Shown: positions 37,806-48,303 of the stretch, piece by piece
Numbering within the stretch: position 1 is the stretch's first letter
Layout: every line of letters starts with the position of its first letter
Assembly: GCA_002009975.1 (NCBI GenBank)
Contig: MTLP01000022.1
Span: forward strand, 32,001 to 96,000
DNA length: 64,000 nt
DNA from: Thermococcus sp. JdFR-02
Lineage (GTDB): Archaea > Methanobacteriota_B > Thermococci > Thermococcales > Thermococcaceae
Direction of reading: 5' to 3'
Notes under the pieces: model-generated
Told to the model about the DNA's origin: nothing
The model's input: only the letters and a program-made list of their open reading frames with translations
The model's database searches: none
Made by a program: the position numbers and the translations under genes

Positions 37806-39285
37806 GAATCTCTTTAACCTCTTCTTTTTCTGCCAAGTTTATTGCTTTAATTCCCCAAAGTTTTGCAATGAATCTTAACTCCTCTCTATAATCCCCTGGA
37901 ACTGCTGAAAGATGATTAGCTCCCATTATTTGTAGGAAAGTGTTTTTGTCAAGAGGGTTCTTTATAGCAGTATGGGGCCATTGCTTACCCCATTTAAGTT
38001 TTTGTTCTATCTCTTCGCCTATTTCAACACCTTCCCCAAGGAAGTATAAGAGATAATATTCTCCATCGATTCTAATTAACCTTGTTATCGTCAAAGTTGT
38101 CTTTGGCGTTCTGTAGGTTAATGCTCCTCCGCTTTTCCCTTGGCACTGTCCCTGAATTGTTGTATACCTTAAATTCTCCTCAGGATTTTCGCTAAGCCTT
38201 GCATAGTAAAGGGATGAAGCTCCACAGTTCGCTATTAATATAAGTTCGTCGTCAACGTATTTTATATCCCCAAAGAGGGGTGGTTTTCCGCTTAAGTAGT
38301 AGAGCAAGATCGAACTTATAGTGCCTTTAATGTCACCCTCACAAGTTGCTGGAATGACCTCTTTTTCACCTTTAACATCCAAGTTAAATGGGAACAATGC
38401 CGGGATTAGACAAGCCGTTACTCCGTAAACTTCAGAAAGTTCTGGTTGACATTTAATTGAAACTCCAACAACTTCGCTCTTATATTCTTCATAAATCTCC
38501 TTTGCTGCTAGATATATCGCAATCTGTCTTCTTAATGCCTCTTGAGTTAGCATCACATTATCATACTTTACTTTAGCCTTCTTATTTAACCAATCAACAA
38601 ACTCTTCAACTTTAACTCTTTTCTTTTCATCGCTGAGCATGCTATCGGCTTTCCTTACGATCAAATATTGGTCCAAAAGAAGTAAGTCTCCAATAAAGCG
38701 CTTTAATCTTGGTAGATCATCCATTAAATGTTCCATCCCCAATGTATACGGTGCTCCCCAAACGAGCAAAGATTTCTTTGATAGCTTGGCTATAGCCTCA
38801 ACTGCCCTTCCCCATGCTTTTAGCTTTTCTAAATCACCCTTAAGCCTAACATGATGTAGAGCATAAAAGTTAACTGCACTTTCCCAAAGTGAAGCTCCAA
38901 CTGATGTAACACAAGTTGTTCCTGCCCAAGAGATATCATCGTCTGCATAAAGTAATAGTGGCTTGTTTGTCTCTTTAGCTAAAAGTGTAACTAAATTACT
39001 TTCTGTCCAGTGCCATAAGCCAAGAATAATGCCCGAAACTTCGTTAGAATTTATAAACTTTGATGCTTCAAACACCTCATCTTTCTCATCTATTCCAAAG
39101 TTCTGACCTTTTTCAAAGGCTTCATATTTTTTGAGCTCTTTGTTAACATCCAAGACTTCAAAGCCCTCTTTTTTAAGCTCATTAATCAAGTTTTGATGCT
39201 TCTCCATCAATGCCCTTTCCCTTTCAATTGATAGGGAAGTTTTTCTTGGATCTGTAAAAGTTGCTATGGCTAACATTTTAAACAC
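37795..39285 (-). CDS. L-fucose/arabinose-isomerase-like protein
   Basis: SIKCQPELS, CEGD..G, WPH, ANH motifs. Confidence 0.8.
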   Translation of the reverse strand: MFKMLAIATFTDPRKTSLSIERERALMEKHQNLINELKKEGFEVLDVNKELKKYEAFEKGQNFGIDEKDEVFEASKFINSNEVSGIILGLWHWTESNLVTLLAKETNKPLLLYADDDISWAGTTCVTSVGASLWESAVNFYALHHVRLKGDLEKLKAWGRAVEAIAKLSKKSLLVWGAPYTLGMEHLMDDLPRLKRFIGDLLLLDQYLIVRKADSMLSDEKKRVKVEEFVDWLNKKAKVKYDNVMLTQEALRRQIAIYLAAKEIYEEYKSEVVGVSIKCQPELSEVYGVTACLIPALFPFNLDVKGEKEVIPATCEGDIKGTISSILLYYLSGKPPLFGDIKYVDDELILIANCGASSLYYARLSENPEENLRYTTIQGQCQGKSGGALTYRTPKTTLTITRLIRIDGEYYLLYFLGEGVEIGEEIEQKLKWGKQWPHTAIKNPLDKNTFLQIMGANHLSAVPGDYREELRFIAKLWGIKAINLAEKEEVKEILKI

Positions 39286-39288
39286 CCC

Positions 39289-40308
39289 CTACTCTATAAG
39301 TGATAGTTTAATTTTTGTACACTCATAATCCTCTAAAACAGCAAACATTCCCCCAATCTTTACGATTCCAGTCTCTGTTTCAACATCGAAGTTATCAATA
39401 CCCTCTTCGAAGGCAATAGTGTAGCCAATAATCCTTCCTTCAATTTTCTCAATCTCACCGGTCTCTAAGTTTTTAGCTATAAGCTCAGCGTATATGTTGT
39501 TGTTTTTTAAATGCCTTTTAATAAAGTCAGCTGCATGGAACGTTGTAAAAAACCTTATATCGTTTTTTCTCCTTATGCTTTCCATAGTTAAGCTTGATTC
39601 CTTAAACGCTTCTCTAATAAAGCTGTATTGAGCAAAAATTATTTCTGGATATGTTGCCTTGAAGCTAGGGGGATTCCTTGGTCTAAAACCAATGTTTTGA
39701 ATATCTATAACTTCCTTTCCATCGGTCATTCCTATAAAGTGATTTAGCTTGTGAAATTTCCTTACAAATAAGTTTCCAATACCAATCAGCTCGGATAAAT
39801 CGATTCTATCTTCTGTGTAGAGGGAAACGGTTACACCGTTTTTAAGAGCAATTCTTATGCTATCCTCTATACTTCCAAGAAACTTTTCGGGAGCTACTAG
39901 AATCACCTCATATTCAGCGTTTCTTAAGGATTCATTTGTCATTTCAACAGCTTCATCCAAAGAGGTTGTTCTCCAAATACCCGGTCTTTCTTCATCAACC
40001 TTAACTTTTCTAAGCGCGCTTTCCAGTTTTTGTTTAATCTCGTCAAGCTCTTTTTTAAATCTCAAAAAAGCAACGCTTGGACTAAATGCAACATAAACTG
40101 TTGGTGACCCCTCAATTTCACTAACAAATCCTCTCATCTTTAATGAAGCAATAGTATCGTAAACCCTATTATATGGAATTCCACTTCTCTTTGAGATATC
40201 CTTAGCAGTGCTTGGTCCATAAACTAAGAGGGTCCAATAGGCTAAAGCTTCATATTTTGTAAAGCCAAGTTTTGTAAATGCCGATAATATCTCCCCGGTT
40301 ATCTCCAC
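39289..40308 (-). CDS. trmB: TrmB sugar-sensing transcriptional repressor
   Basis: [20 protein letters not shown]; IGGMFA.LEDY; adjacent to treT. Confidence 0.85.
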   Translation of the reverse strand: MEITGEILSAFTKLGFTKYEALAYWTLLVYGPSTAKDISKRSGIPYNRVYDTIASLKMRGFVSEIEGSPTVYVAFSPSVAFLRFKKELDEIKQKLESALRKVKVDEERPGIWRTTSLDEAVEMTNESLRNAEYEVILVAPEKFLGSIEDSIRIALKNGVTVSLYTEDRIDLSELIGIGNLFVRKFHKLNHFIGMTDGKEVIDIQNIGFRPRNPPSFKATYPEIIFAQYSFIREAFKESSLTMESIRRKNDIRFFTTFHAADFIKRHLKNNNIYAELIAKNLETGEIEKIEGRIIGYTIAFEEGIDNFDVETETGIVKIGGMFAVLEDYECTKIKLSLIE

Positions 40309-40350
40309 TTCATTCCCCCTCTTAAAAAATGGGTTTCAAAAATATAAAAA

Positions 40351-41586
40351 TTAACCCAAAGAATTGAGCAGGTCTAAGTATCTTTCCAAGTGTTTTGTTA
40401 TGAGGAAGTTCTCCTTGACCCTCTCTTTTGCTTTCTCCCCCATCTTTTTGCCAATCTCTGGATGTTTTAGTAAATAAAGAGTTTTTTCCACAGCTTCATT
40501 TACGTCCTTAACTAAAAAGCCGCTTTCCCCATCAACTATTTGAAGCCTTATACCTCCAACTGCTCTTCCTATTACTGGGTTTTCTTTCCACATAGCTTCG
40601 CTAACCGTTAAGCCAAATCCTTCTCTAATTGACATTTGCAGAACAACATCGCTTGCCCTCTGGAATGCATTCACTTCCTTAGCATGAACTCCAATCAAGT
40701 TGGTTAGAACATGTACATCGTAATCTTCGCCAATCTTTCTCAAAGTTTTTTCAAAGTAAACCCATCCTTCTGGATCGTCGTGAGCCATTACACCTACAAG
40801 CAAAAGCTGGACATCTGGAATCTTTTCCTTTACTTTGCGATAAACGTCTATAACATCAAATATGCCTTTCCAAGGATCAAAGCGTGAAACTTGTGTAATT
40901 ATTGGCTTTTCAGGATCAATATCAAAGCGCTCTAACGTTTTTAATATTTCAGTTTCACTAAGTTCAAAGTTCTTTTCACTCAATGGATCAATTGAAGGAG
41001 GCATTACAACTACTCTATTCCCCTCCAAATCGTTTTGGACATATTCCGCCATATGGAAAATATAGCGATCATATCTTTCCACAAACTGCCTCAAAAACTT
41101 CCAAAATTCTAAATTAGGATCGCTTAAATCAATATGACATCTCCATACCCAAGGAACCCTCTTTTCATAGAAGTCTATTAATGCTGCTGGTTGAGGGTCA
41201 TGAATTATCACAAAATCTTGGCTTAAATCAAGGTTTTCTGCGTTTTTCTTGTTAACTCTTAGGTATATATCTTTCATCTCTTGGGTCAGCTTTAATTCTT
41301 TATTTCCTTGAAGTGCATTGTGGAATGTTTTTGTAACATTAAAGAACTCATCGCTACCTTCAATCACAAACCATTTTGCATCGATTCCAAGATTCCTCAT
41401 TAAAGGTATCAAATTGTGAAGTATCTCTGCAACCCCTCCTCCATATGCTGTAGAGTTTACATGAGAGACACTTTTCCCAGCTAATTTTTCTGCTTTCACT
41501 TTTATTTTCTCTATATTTTCTTTTCCAATAATCTCTGAGTAGTCTTCAATTTTCTTGTCTCCTCCAGCGAACTTTTTAACCTCCAT
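40351..41586 (-). CDS. treT: Trehalose glycosyltransferring synthase
   Basis: HVNST..GGGVAEIL, HDPQP, WRCHID, SRFDPWKG, EGFGLTV.EAMWK. Confidence 0.93.
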   Translation of the reverse strand: MEVKKFAGGDKKIEDYSEIIGKENIEKIKVKAEKLAGKSVSHVNSTAYGGGVAEILHNLIPLMRNLGIDAKWFVIEGSDEFFNVTKTFHNALQGNKELKLTQEMKDIYLRVNKKNAENLDLSQDFVIIHDPQPAALIDFYEKRVPWVWRCHIDLSDPNLEFWKFLRQFVERYDRYIFHMAEYVQNDLEGNRVVVMPPSIDPLSEKNFELSETEILKTLERFDIDPEKPIITQVSRFDPWKGIFDVIDVYRKVKEKIPDVQLLLVGVMAHDDPEGWVYFEKTLRKIGEDYDVHVLTNLIGVHAKEVNAFQRASDVVLQMSIREGFGLTVSEAMWKENPVIGRAVGGIRLQIVDGESGFLVKDVNEAVEKTLYLLKHPEIGKKMGEKAKERVKENFLITKHLERYLDLLNSLG

Positions 41587-41601
41587 GTAATCACCATCCT
41601 A

Positions 41602-41616
41602 TATACTGTTAGTATA
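41602..41616. promoter_or_regulatory. TrmB-type operator TATACT-GTT-AGTATA upstream of treT
   Basis: Contains TACTNNNAGTA, the known TrmB trehalose/maltose operator. Confidence 0.7.
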
Positions 41617-41805
41617 CATAAAAACATTCAATTTATACTCGTCGCATTCACTATATAAAATTATCTCAACATACTTATTTTTGACAGGATAACCAAAAAT
41701 GTGTTTGATATTAATTAAATTTTTAAACTAAAATTAATTGCGTTATTCCAATAAATTCTTTATAAATATCATGGAAGTTTTTCATTCGGCACCAAAAACT
41801 ATAAA

Positions 41806-41824
41806 TATATACAAAAAGTATATA
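41806..41824. promoter_or_regulatory. Second TrmB-type operator TATATAC-AAAAA-GTATATA abutting the TATA box of the ABC operon
   Basis: Same TATAC-N5-GTATA symmetry as 41602-41616. Confidence 0.6.
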
Positions 41825-41854
41825 ATGACGAAAATTGTACTGGGGTGACTAATA

Positions 41855-43159
41855 GTGACAAGCTTGTTTAAGAAAGTTGCTTTGTTGATGACTATTGTGC
41901 TTTTAGGAGCTGTTGTAGCTGGATGTATCTCCCAAAAGGAGCAAACACCAACCCCAACAGAAACCGAAACAAAAGCTGAAGTAGTTGAAGTAGTTGTTTA
42001 TGGACAATGGGGTGGGAGTGAAGGAGAGGCTTTCATGAAAGCCTTACAAGAATATGATAATGCCCATCCAGAAGTGAAAATTAAATACGTTCAACAATCA
42101 AAGCTTAGAGATGCTGTTCTTAGTGAACTAGCTGCTGGCTCACCAAACTTTGATATTGCAATCCTACCATGGCCAGCTCTTATAAAAGAGCTTGGTCAAA
42201 AAGGTCAATTAGAAGACTTAACACCAATTGTAAACAAATATTCTGGACAAATTATGCAAAACCTTCTTGATCCAGTTAATCTTAATGGTGTTTACTATGG
42301 AATTCCAATTAAAGCATGGGCAAAGCCAGGTATTTGGTATAATGTTCATGTATTCAAAGACAACAATTTAGAACCACCAAAGACATTAGATGAACTAAAG
42401 CAAGTTTGTGATGTCTTAAAAGCTAAAGGTATTCAGCCAATGGCAAGTGGTGCTGCTGATAAATGGCCACTAAGTGATGTGTTTGAGGCTGTTCTTCTTA
42501 AAGTTGGAGGTCCAGAGCTTCACCAAAAATTAATGAAGCATGAAGTTGCATGGACAGACCCACAAGTTGTTGAAGCCTTCAAGGTCTTAAGTGATCTATT
42601 GAAACAAGGTTGCTATGGTGATCCTAAGGTTGCCATCGGTGAGAAATGGGAAGCTCAAGTAGCTCGCTTAGGAAACGGAGAAGTTGCAATGTACTTCATG
42701 GGTAACTGGATGAACTTAATGCTGCAAAGCCAAGGATTTAAACCAGGTGACGATTACAACTTAATACCATTCCCAACAATCAAAGAAGGAGTTAAGCCAG
42801 CTATAGTAGCTGGTGGAGATTGGGTTATCGTTCCAAAGGGTGCTCCACACAAAGATGCCGCACTAAAGCTTGCAGAGTGGCTTGCAGGTCCAGAGTACCA
42901 AGAAATAATGGTAAGGCAAAAAGGTTATTTGGCACCTAACTTAAAGGTTCCAAAAGAGGCTTATGATCCAGTTGATGGAAAGATTGTTTATGAGATCATG
43001 GCTAACTCAGTAGTGGTACCAGACTTAGACGATAACGTCCCAAGTGGATTCCAACCAGTAATTTGGGACAAACTCTTTGAGCTTTGGGCAAACCCAGACA
43101 ACTACCAACAAATTGCTGAAGAATTAGAAAAAGCAGCAAAGGATTACTACTCAAGTTAA
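41855..43159 (+). CDS. Carbohydrate ABC substrate-binding lipoprotein
   Basis: VVAGC lipobox; IWYN; AMYFMGNW. Confidence 0.9.
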   Translation: MTSLFKKVALLMTIVLLGAVVAGCISQKEQTPTPTETETKAEVVEVVVYGQWGGSEGEAFMKALQEYDNAHPEVKIKYVQQSKLRDAVLSELAAGSPNFDIAILPWPALIKELGQKGQLEDLTPIVNKYSGQIMQNLLDPVNLNGVYYGIPIKAWAKPGIWYNVHVFKDNNLEPPKTLDELKQVCDVLKAKGIQPMASGAADKWPLSDVFEAVLLKVGGPELHQKLMKHEVAWTDPQVVEAFKVLSDLLKQGCYGDPKVAIGEKWEAQVARLGNGEVAMYFMGNWMNLMLQSQGFKPGDDYNLIPFPTIKEGVKPAIVAGGDWVIVPKGAPHKDAALKLAEWLAGPEYQEIMVRQKGYLAPNLKVPKEAYDPVDGKIVYEIMANSVVVPDLDDNVPSGFQPVIWDKLFELWANPDNYQQIAEELEKAAKDYYSS

Positions 43160-43170
43160 AGGTGATGTAA

Positions 43171-44055
43171 ATGGGCGGAAGGAGGAAATATAACCTCAAT
43201 AAAGATTTCTTTTTCCTGATGACGCCCGCATTTACTTTACTTTTTATTTTTATAATCTACCCAATTTTAAATACCTTTTATCTAGGTTTCTTTAAATGGG
43301 ATGGATTTACTCCCCCAGAATTTGTTGGATTACAAAACTATGCTAAAATGCTTGACTATAGCTTATTTTGGACTTCAATAAAAAATAATCTGTTTATATT
43401 CATGATCTTCCTTCCATTGGTCACGCTATTGGGGCTTGGTTTTGCCATATTATTGCACAATAAGGAAGTTGTGGGTAGGAACGTATTGAGAGGTATAGTG
43501 ATGCTTGGAATGGTCATGCCTCTAACAGTTGTAGGTATTGTTTGGATGCTCTTATTAGATCCACGCTCTGGAATAATTAATAGGGTTCTTGAGTTACTTG
43601 GAGGCTCTCCAAGAGCCTGGATACAAGATCCATCCACTGCAATTTATTTCGTTATTATAGGTTCTTTATGGGCATGGGGTGGTTTCTCAACAACAGTATT
43701 TTTAGCTGGTCTTGAAGGTATTGATAAAGAAATTTTAGAGGCTTCTTTAATTGATGGGGCAAACCCATGGCAAAAGTTTAGATATGTCATTCTCCCCCTC
43801 TTAAAGCCCGCTTTAATAGTCGTAGTCACAATGAGTTCAATCTACATATTAAAGGTGTTCGATTTAATATTCGTTCTTTCAGCAGAGTCTCCACCACTTT
43901 ATCTATCAGTCTTAGCGTATTTAGTGTACTATGAAGCGTTCTTTAGGTATAGGTGGGGCTTTGCAGCCGCTGTAGCGACTTTCCTAACTATATCAGTCTT
44001 TGTATTCTCAATTGGAATGCTGAAGAGGATGATAGAAGAAAGGAGGGGATACTAG
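43171..44055 (+). CDS. Carbohydrate ABC permease
   Basis: EAS.IDGA. Confidence 0.92.
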   Translation: MGGRRKYNLNKDFFFLMTPAFTLLFIFIIYPILNTFYLGFFKWDGFTPPEFVGLQNYAKMLDYSLFWTSIKNNLFIFMIFLPLVTLLGLGFAILLHNKEVVGRNVLRGIVMLGMVMPLTVVGIVWMLLLDPRSGIINRVLELLGGSPRAWIQDPSTAIYFVIIGSLWAWGGFSTTVFLAGLEGIDKEILEASLIDGANPWQKFRYVILPLLKPALIVVVTMSSIYILKVFDLIFVLSAESPPLYLSVLAYLVYYEAFFRYRWGFAAAVATFLTISVFVFSIGMLKRMIEERRGY

Positions 44056-44879
44056 TGGTCAAGGTTACTATGAAGTACAAAATCACAATAAATCTAGTAG
44101 CTTGGATTATTGGAGCTCTGCTCTTAATACCTCTTTTAGCTTTAGTAATGGCTTCAATCAGACCTTTTAGTGAAGTTGTTACTGGATGGTGGAAACTAAG
44201 CAATGCCCATTTTACTTTAGAGAACTATATTGATGTTATAGGCAGGGGATTTTCAAGGCATGTTTTGAACTCTATAATAATTGCCGTTTTTGCGACTGTT
44301 CTACCTTTGCTAATTGCAGGAATGGCAGCTTATGGTTTCACATCGTTTAGTTTTCCAATAAAAACAATGATATTCCTCACATTGGTTGCTATTCAAGTTG
44401 TGCCACAACAAGCAGTTATTATACCTCTCTTAAAGCTTTTTAGAGATTTAGGATTCTATAATCACTTTTACGGAATAATACTAGTTCACTCAGCCTTTGC
44501 ATTGCCTTGGACAATATTCTTCCTAAGAAGCTTTTTCATGACAATACCAAAAGATTATGAAGAGGCTGCTAAAATAGATGGACTTAGTGATACAATGATT
44601 TACTTTAAAATTATACTTCCGATAGCACTACCAGCTATTATCAGCGTTGCAGTTGTTCAATTCATCTTCGTTTGGCAAGACTTATTCTTTGCAATTACTC
44701 TCTTAAGACCAGAAAATTGGCCAGCGTCTGCTGGAATAACAAGGTTTGTTAGTAGATACAATCCAAATTGGGGACAGTTAACAGCTGCAGGTGTACTAAC
44801 TATCCTTGTTCCAATAGTAGTTTACATAGCATTGCAGAAGTACTACATGAAAGGTGTCTCTGGCGGAATAAAAGGCTGA
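44055..44879 (+). CDS. Carbohydrate ABC permease
   Basis: EEAAKIDG; start reassigned to GTG after AGGAGGGG. Confidence 0.9.
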   Translation: MVKVTMKYKITINLVAWIIGALLLIPLLALVMASIRPFSEVVTGWWKLSNAHFTLENYIDVIGRGFSRHVLNSIIIAVFATVLPLLIAGMAAYGFTSFSFPIKTMIFLTLVAIQVVPQQAVIIPLLKLFRDLGFYNHFYGIILVHSAFALPWTIFFLRSFFMTIPKDYEEAAKIDGLSDTMIYFKIILPIALPAIISVAVVQFIFVWQDLFFAITLLRPENWPASAGITRFVSRYNPNWGQLTAAGVLTILVPIVVYIALQKYYMKGVSGGIKG

Positions 44880-44918
44880 ATACTTCTTTTCTTTTAAACA
44901 ACATTAGGGGGGTAGGAG

Positions 44919-46109
44919 ATGGAGTTTATCTTAGGTGTTAATTACTGGCCAAGAAAGAAAGCTATGTTCTGGTGGAAAGACTTTGATCAAAAAGAAGTTG
45001 AAGATGAATTTCAGATAATCAAGGAGCTAAATCTCGATGTTGTTAGGATCTTCCTCCTTTGGGAGGACTTTCAACCAAAAATTGATAAGATTGATGAGAA
45101 AAGCGTTAAAAATCTTGGAAAAGTTTTGGATATTGCCAATGATCTTGATTTAAAAGTTATTCCAACTTTCTTCATAGGACATATGAGCGGCATAAACTGG
45201 CTTCCAGAATGGGCTTTAGACAATAAACCACATGAAAGATTCTCAACTTATTCAAATGGAAAAATCCTCGATTTAAGGGCTAAAGACATCTATGAGGATG
45301 AAGAAATGTTGAAAGCTGAAAAGCTTTTAATTAATTCAATAACAGCCGAATTCAGGGATTCTCCAGTTATTTTTGCCTGGGACATCTCAAACGAAATTGA
45401 TAACGTTAGAGTTCCAAAAACTCCTGAAGCTGGAAAAAGGTGGGTGAAGCTCATTTATGAGACCATAAAAGAGAATGACAACAGACCAGTAACCTTTGGA
45501 ATTCATCAAGAAGACATCGATAGGGACAAGCATTTTAGAGTTCAAGACGTTGCACAGTTTAATGATTTCTTATGTATGCATGCATATTCAGTTTATGCTG
45601 ATTGGGCAGAGAATCCCTTAGATCCATATGTAGTTCCCTTTGCCTGTCTCTTGACTAAAGCCTTAGGTAAAAAAGAAGTTTTAATGGAAGAGTTTGGAAT
45701 GCCAATTGTCAAAGGAGAAACAAAAAGAGTGGAGTCTTATACTGGAAAAGAAAAAGCTTGGCACTACCTAATCAATGAGGAAGAGGCAGCAAAGTGGCTT
45801 GAAGAAACTCTAAAGTTGTTATATGAATTCGGAGTTTTGGGAGCTTTGTACTGGAACTTTTCCGACTATCATGAAAGCCTTTGGGATAAACCACCCTTTG
45901 ACAAAGAGATACATGAAAGGTTCTTTGGACTTTTGAGGAGTGATGGAAGTTTTAAACCAACTGCATTGGTAATTAAGAACTTCAAAGAGAAAATGAAAAA
46001 TCTAAAAAGAAGAGAAGTTTTTATAGAAGTTCCAGAGAATTATTATGAAAATCCAAAGGAAAATCTTGTAAAGCTTTATAGGAAGTTTCTCAAAAACATG
46101 AGAGGGTGA
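44919..46109 (+). CDS. GH5-family glycoside hydrolase (beta-mannosidase/mannanase-like)
   Basis: GVNYWP, WEDFQP, AWDISNE (acid/base), MEEFG (nucleophile). Confidence 0.85.
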   Translation: MEFILGVNYWPRKKAMFWWKDFDQKEVEDEFQIIKELNLDVVRIFLLWEDFQPKIDKIDEKSVKNLGKVLDIANDLDLKVIPTFFIGHMSGINWLPEWALDNKPHERFSTYSNGKILDLRAKDIYEDEEMLKAEKLLINSITAEFRDSPVIFAWDISNEIDNVRVPKTPEAGKRWVKLIYETIKENDNRPVTFGIHQEDIDRDKHFRVQDVAQFNDFLCMHAYSVYADWAENPLDPYVVPFACLLTKALGKKEVLMEEFGMPIVKGETKRVESYTGKEKAWHYLINEEEAAKWLEETLKLLYEFGVLGALYWNFSDYHESLWDKPPFDKEIHERFFGLLRSDGSFKPTALVIKNFKEKMKNLKRREVFIEVPENYYENPKENLVKLYRKFLKNMRG

Positions 46110-46113
46110 AAGC

Positions 46114-47064
46114 ATGATCTTTGCAATTGGCGAAATATTAATTGATTTCATTGCAAAAGAAGAAGGGGCTCTAAAGGATGTTAAAGCCTTTGAGAAGTTT
46201 CCGGGCGGAGCACCAGCAAACGTTGTTGTTGGACTTTCACGCCTAAATGTCCCCTCAGCATTAATAAGTAAAGTAGGAAAAGATCCATTTGGTGAATTCT
46301 TAGTTGAAAAATTGAAAGCTGAGAATGTTGAAACTAAATATATTGCCTTTGATGAAGAAAAGCACACGGGGATTGTATTTGTTCAGTTAATTGGTGCAAA
46401 GCCTGAATTTATACTTTATGATGGTGTTGCTTACTTCAATTTAAAGCTTGATGACATTGACTTCTCGTTCATTGAAAATGCAAGTGTCCTACATTTTGGG
46501 AGCGTGTTCTTTGCAAGAGAACCAAGCAGAACTACAACCTTTGAAACTCTAAAGAAAGTTAAAGGGAAGATACCCATAAGCTATGATGTCAATATTCGTC
46601 TTGATCTATGGCGTGGTAGAAAGGAAGAGATGCTAAAAGACATTGAAAAAGGGCTGAAGTTAGCAGACATTGTGAAAATTGGTGAAGAGGAGTTAGAATT
46701 TCTTAAGAATAATGGGATAGACTTAGAAAGCTTTGAGTTTAAACTCTTAGCAATAACAAAGGGCTCTAAAGGGAGTGAGCTTATACATAAGAGCGAAAAA
46801 GTTGAAGTTCCAGCTTATAAGGTTAGCCCAATTGACACAACTGGAGCAGGCGATGCTTACATGGCATCTCTCCTAGCTTCACTATATGCATTAGATAAAC
46901 TTGAGAGCTTAGAGATTAGCGGCGAAGAACTTAAACTCATTGGCAAATTTGCCAATATAGTCGCTGCAATTTCAACATTAAAGAGAGGAGCTTGGAGCGT
47001 TCCAAAACTGGAAGAGTTGAGAGAAGTTAGTGAAATTAGTGGTATCATAAAAAATCTACTATAG
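46114..47064 (+). CDS. PfkB-family carbohydrate kinase
   Basis: PGGAPANV, DTTGAGDA. Confidence 0.92.
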   Translation: MIFAIGEILIDFIAKEEGALKDVKAFEKFPGGAPANVVVGLSRLNVPSALISKVGKDPFGEFLVEKLKAENVETKYIAFDEEKHTGIVFVQLIGAKPEFILYDGVAYFNLKLDDIDFSFIENASVLHFGSVFFAREPSRTTTFETLKKVKGKIPISYDVNIRLDLWRGRKEEMLKDIEKGLKLADIVKIGEEELEFLKNNGIDLESFEFKLLAITKGSKGSELIHKSEKVEVPAYKVSPIDTTGAGDAYMASLLASLYALDKLESLEISGEELKLIGKFANIVAAISTLKRGAWSVPKLEELREVSEISGIIKNLL

Positions 47065-47186
47065 GCATCCTACAGGGAAGAAATCTAGCACAATATTTGT
47101 TTTATCTTTATTTTACCCAAATATTTACGTATTTGGCTTTTTCAGTTTTTACAGGAATGTTTATATAGTTTGAAGACTAGTTATAT

Positions 47187-47359
47187 GGTGAGGGGTATTG
47201 TATAAGGTAAAACTTCAAGCGAAAGCTTGACCCGATACAAGGTAATTATTTCAAACATTAATTCTGCAACGCTTTGTTGTGGAATTTAATGTTTAGAGAG
47301 ATGGCTTTGCCTCGAGGAAAACTTCCACTTGGGGCTTGCCCTGTATGATATCCCTCATT
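47187..47359 (+). ncRNA. Candidate structured non-coding RNA (~173 nt)
   Basis: TTTATATA ~20 nt upstream; ~23-bp closing stem with many G-U pairs; CAAGC-GAAA-GCTTG hairpin; two further hairpins; T-tract at end. Confidence 0.5.
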
Positions 47360-47547
47360 TTAATTCTTAAACACCGCTTTTTGAGTTATTAATGAGCCAA
47401 TCCATCTTTTAAAGCACAGATATAATTAAAAATGCCTAGAATGGATAGGAAATCGCCTGAACGCTTTTCTCCCTTGATTTTATTCGAAATATTTAAATAG
47501 ATGATTTTAGTAATATTATGTTAGAAAAAGTGGAGAGGTGAGAAACG

Positions 47548-48303
47548 ATGAGGTATGTAGCGGTTCTAGCGAACATAAACGGCAATTTTCCAGCATTAGT
47601 TAAAGCCTTAGGCAAGATTGAAGAACTTAAAGAAGAAGGATATAACATTGAAAAATACTATATTCTTGGCAATATCGTAGGATTGTTCCCATATCCAAGA
47701 GAGGTTCTTGATATCCTTGATGATATGATCAAGAACAGCAATGTTAAAGTTATTCGTGGTGAATTTGATCAAATAATTGCAGAAAGCGATCCTCACGCAG
47801 AAGGATGTGATTATATCGATAAGCTTGACATTCCCGACCATGTGAAGAAAGCTCTACAATACACTTGGGAGAAATTAGGTCATGAAGGAAGGGAGTTTAT
47901 AAGGGATTTACCAATTTATTTAGTGGATAAAATAGGAAAGAACGAGATTTTTGGTGTTTATGGTAGCCCACTAAACCCCTTTAAGGGGATTGTATTACCT
48001 GAGCAACCTACATCCTATTATGAAGCAATCATGAGACCAGTCAAAGACTATGAGCTTCTATTTGTTGCCTCACCAAAGATGCCAGTAAATGCAATGACAA
48101 GGTATGGAAGGATTGTTTGCCCTGGAAGCATAGGATTTCCACCAGGAAAAGACCATAAAGCAACATTTGCCCTCGTTGATGTTGATACATTACATGTAAA
48201 GTTTATTGAAGTTGATTATGACAAAAGGCTCATTGAGGACAAAATAAAGCAAGAAGGGCTGCCAGAACAGTTAACTAAAACCCTCTACTACGGAAAGATT
48301 TAA
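47548..48303 (+). CDS. Metallophosphoesterase-fold protein with degenerate metal ligands
   Basis: NINGN, LGNIVG, RGEFD, PGS.G.P in place of DxHxN/GD/GNHD. Confidence 0.85.
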   Translation: MRYVAVLANINGNFPALVKALGKIEELKEEGYNIEKYYILGNIVGLFPYPREVLDILDDMIKNSNVKVIRGEFDQIIAESDPHAEGCDYIDKLDIPDHVKKALQYTWEKLGHEGREFIRDLPIYLVDKIGKNEIFGVYGSPLNPFKGIVLPEQPTSYYEAIMRPVKDYELLFVASPKMPVNAMTRYGRIVCPGSIGFPPGKDHKATFALVDVDTLHVKFIEVDYDKRLIEDKIKQEGLPEQLTKTLYYGKI

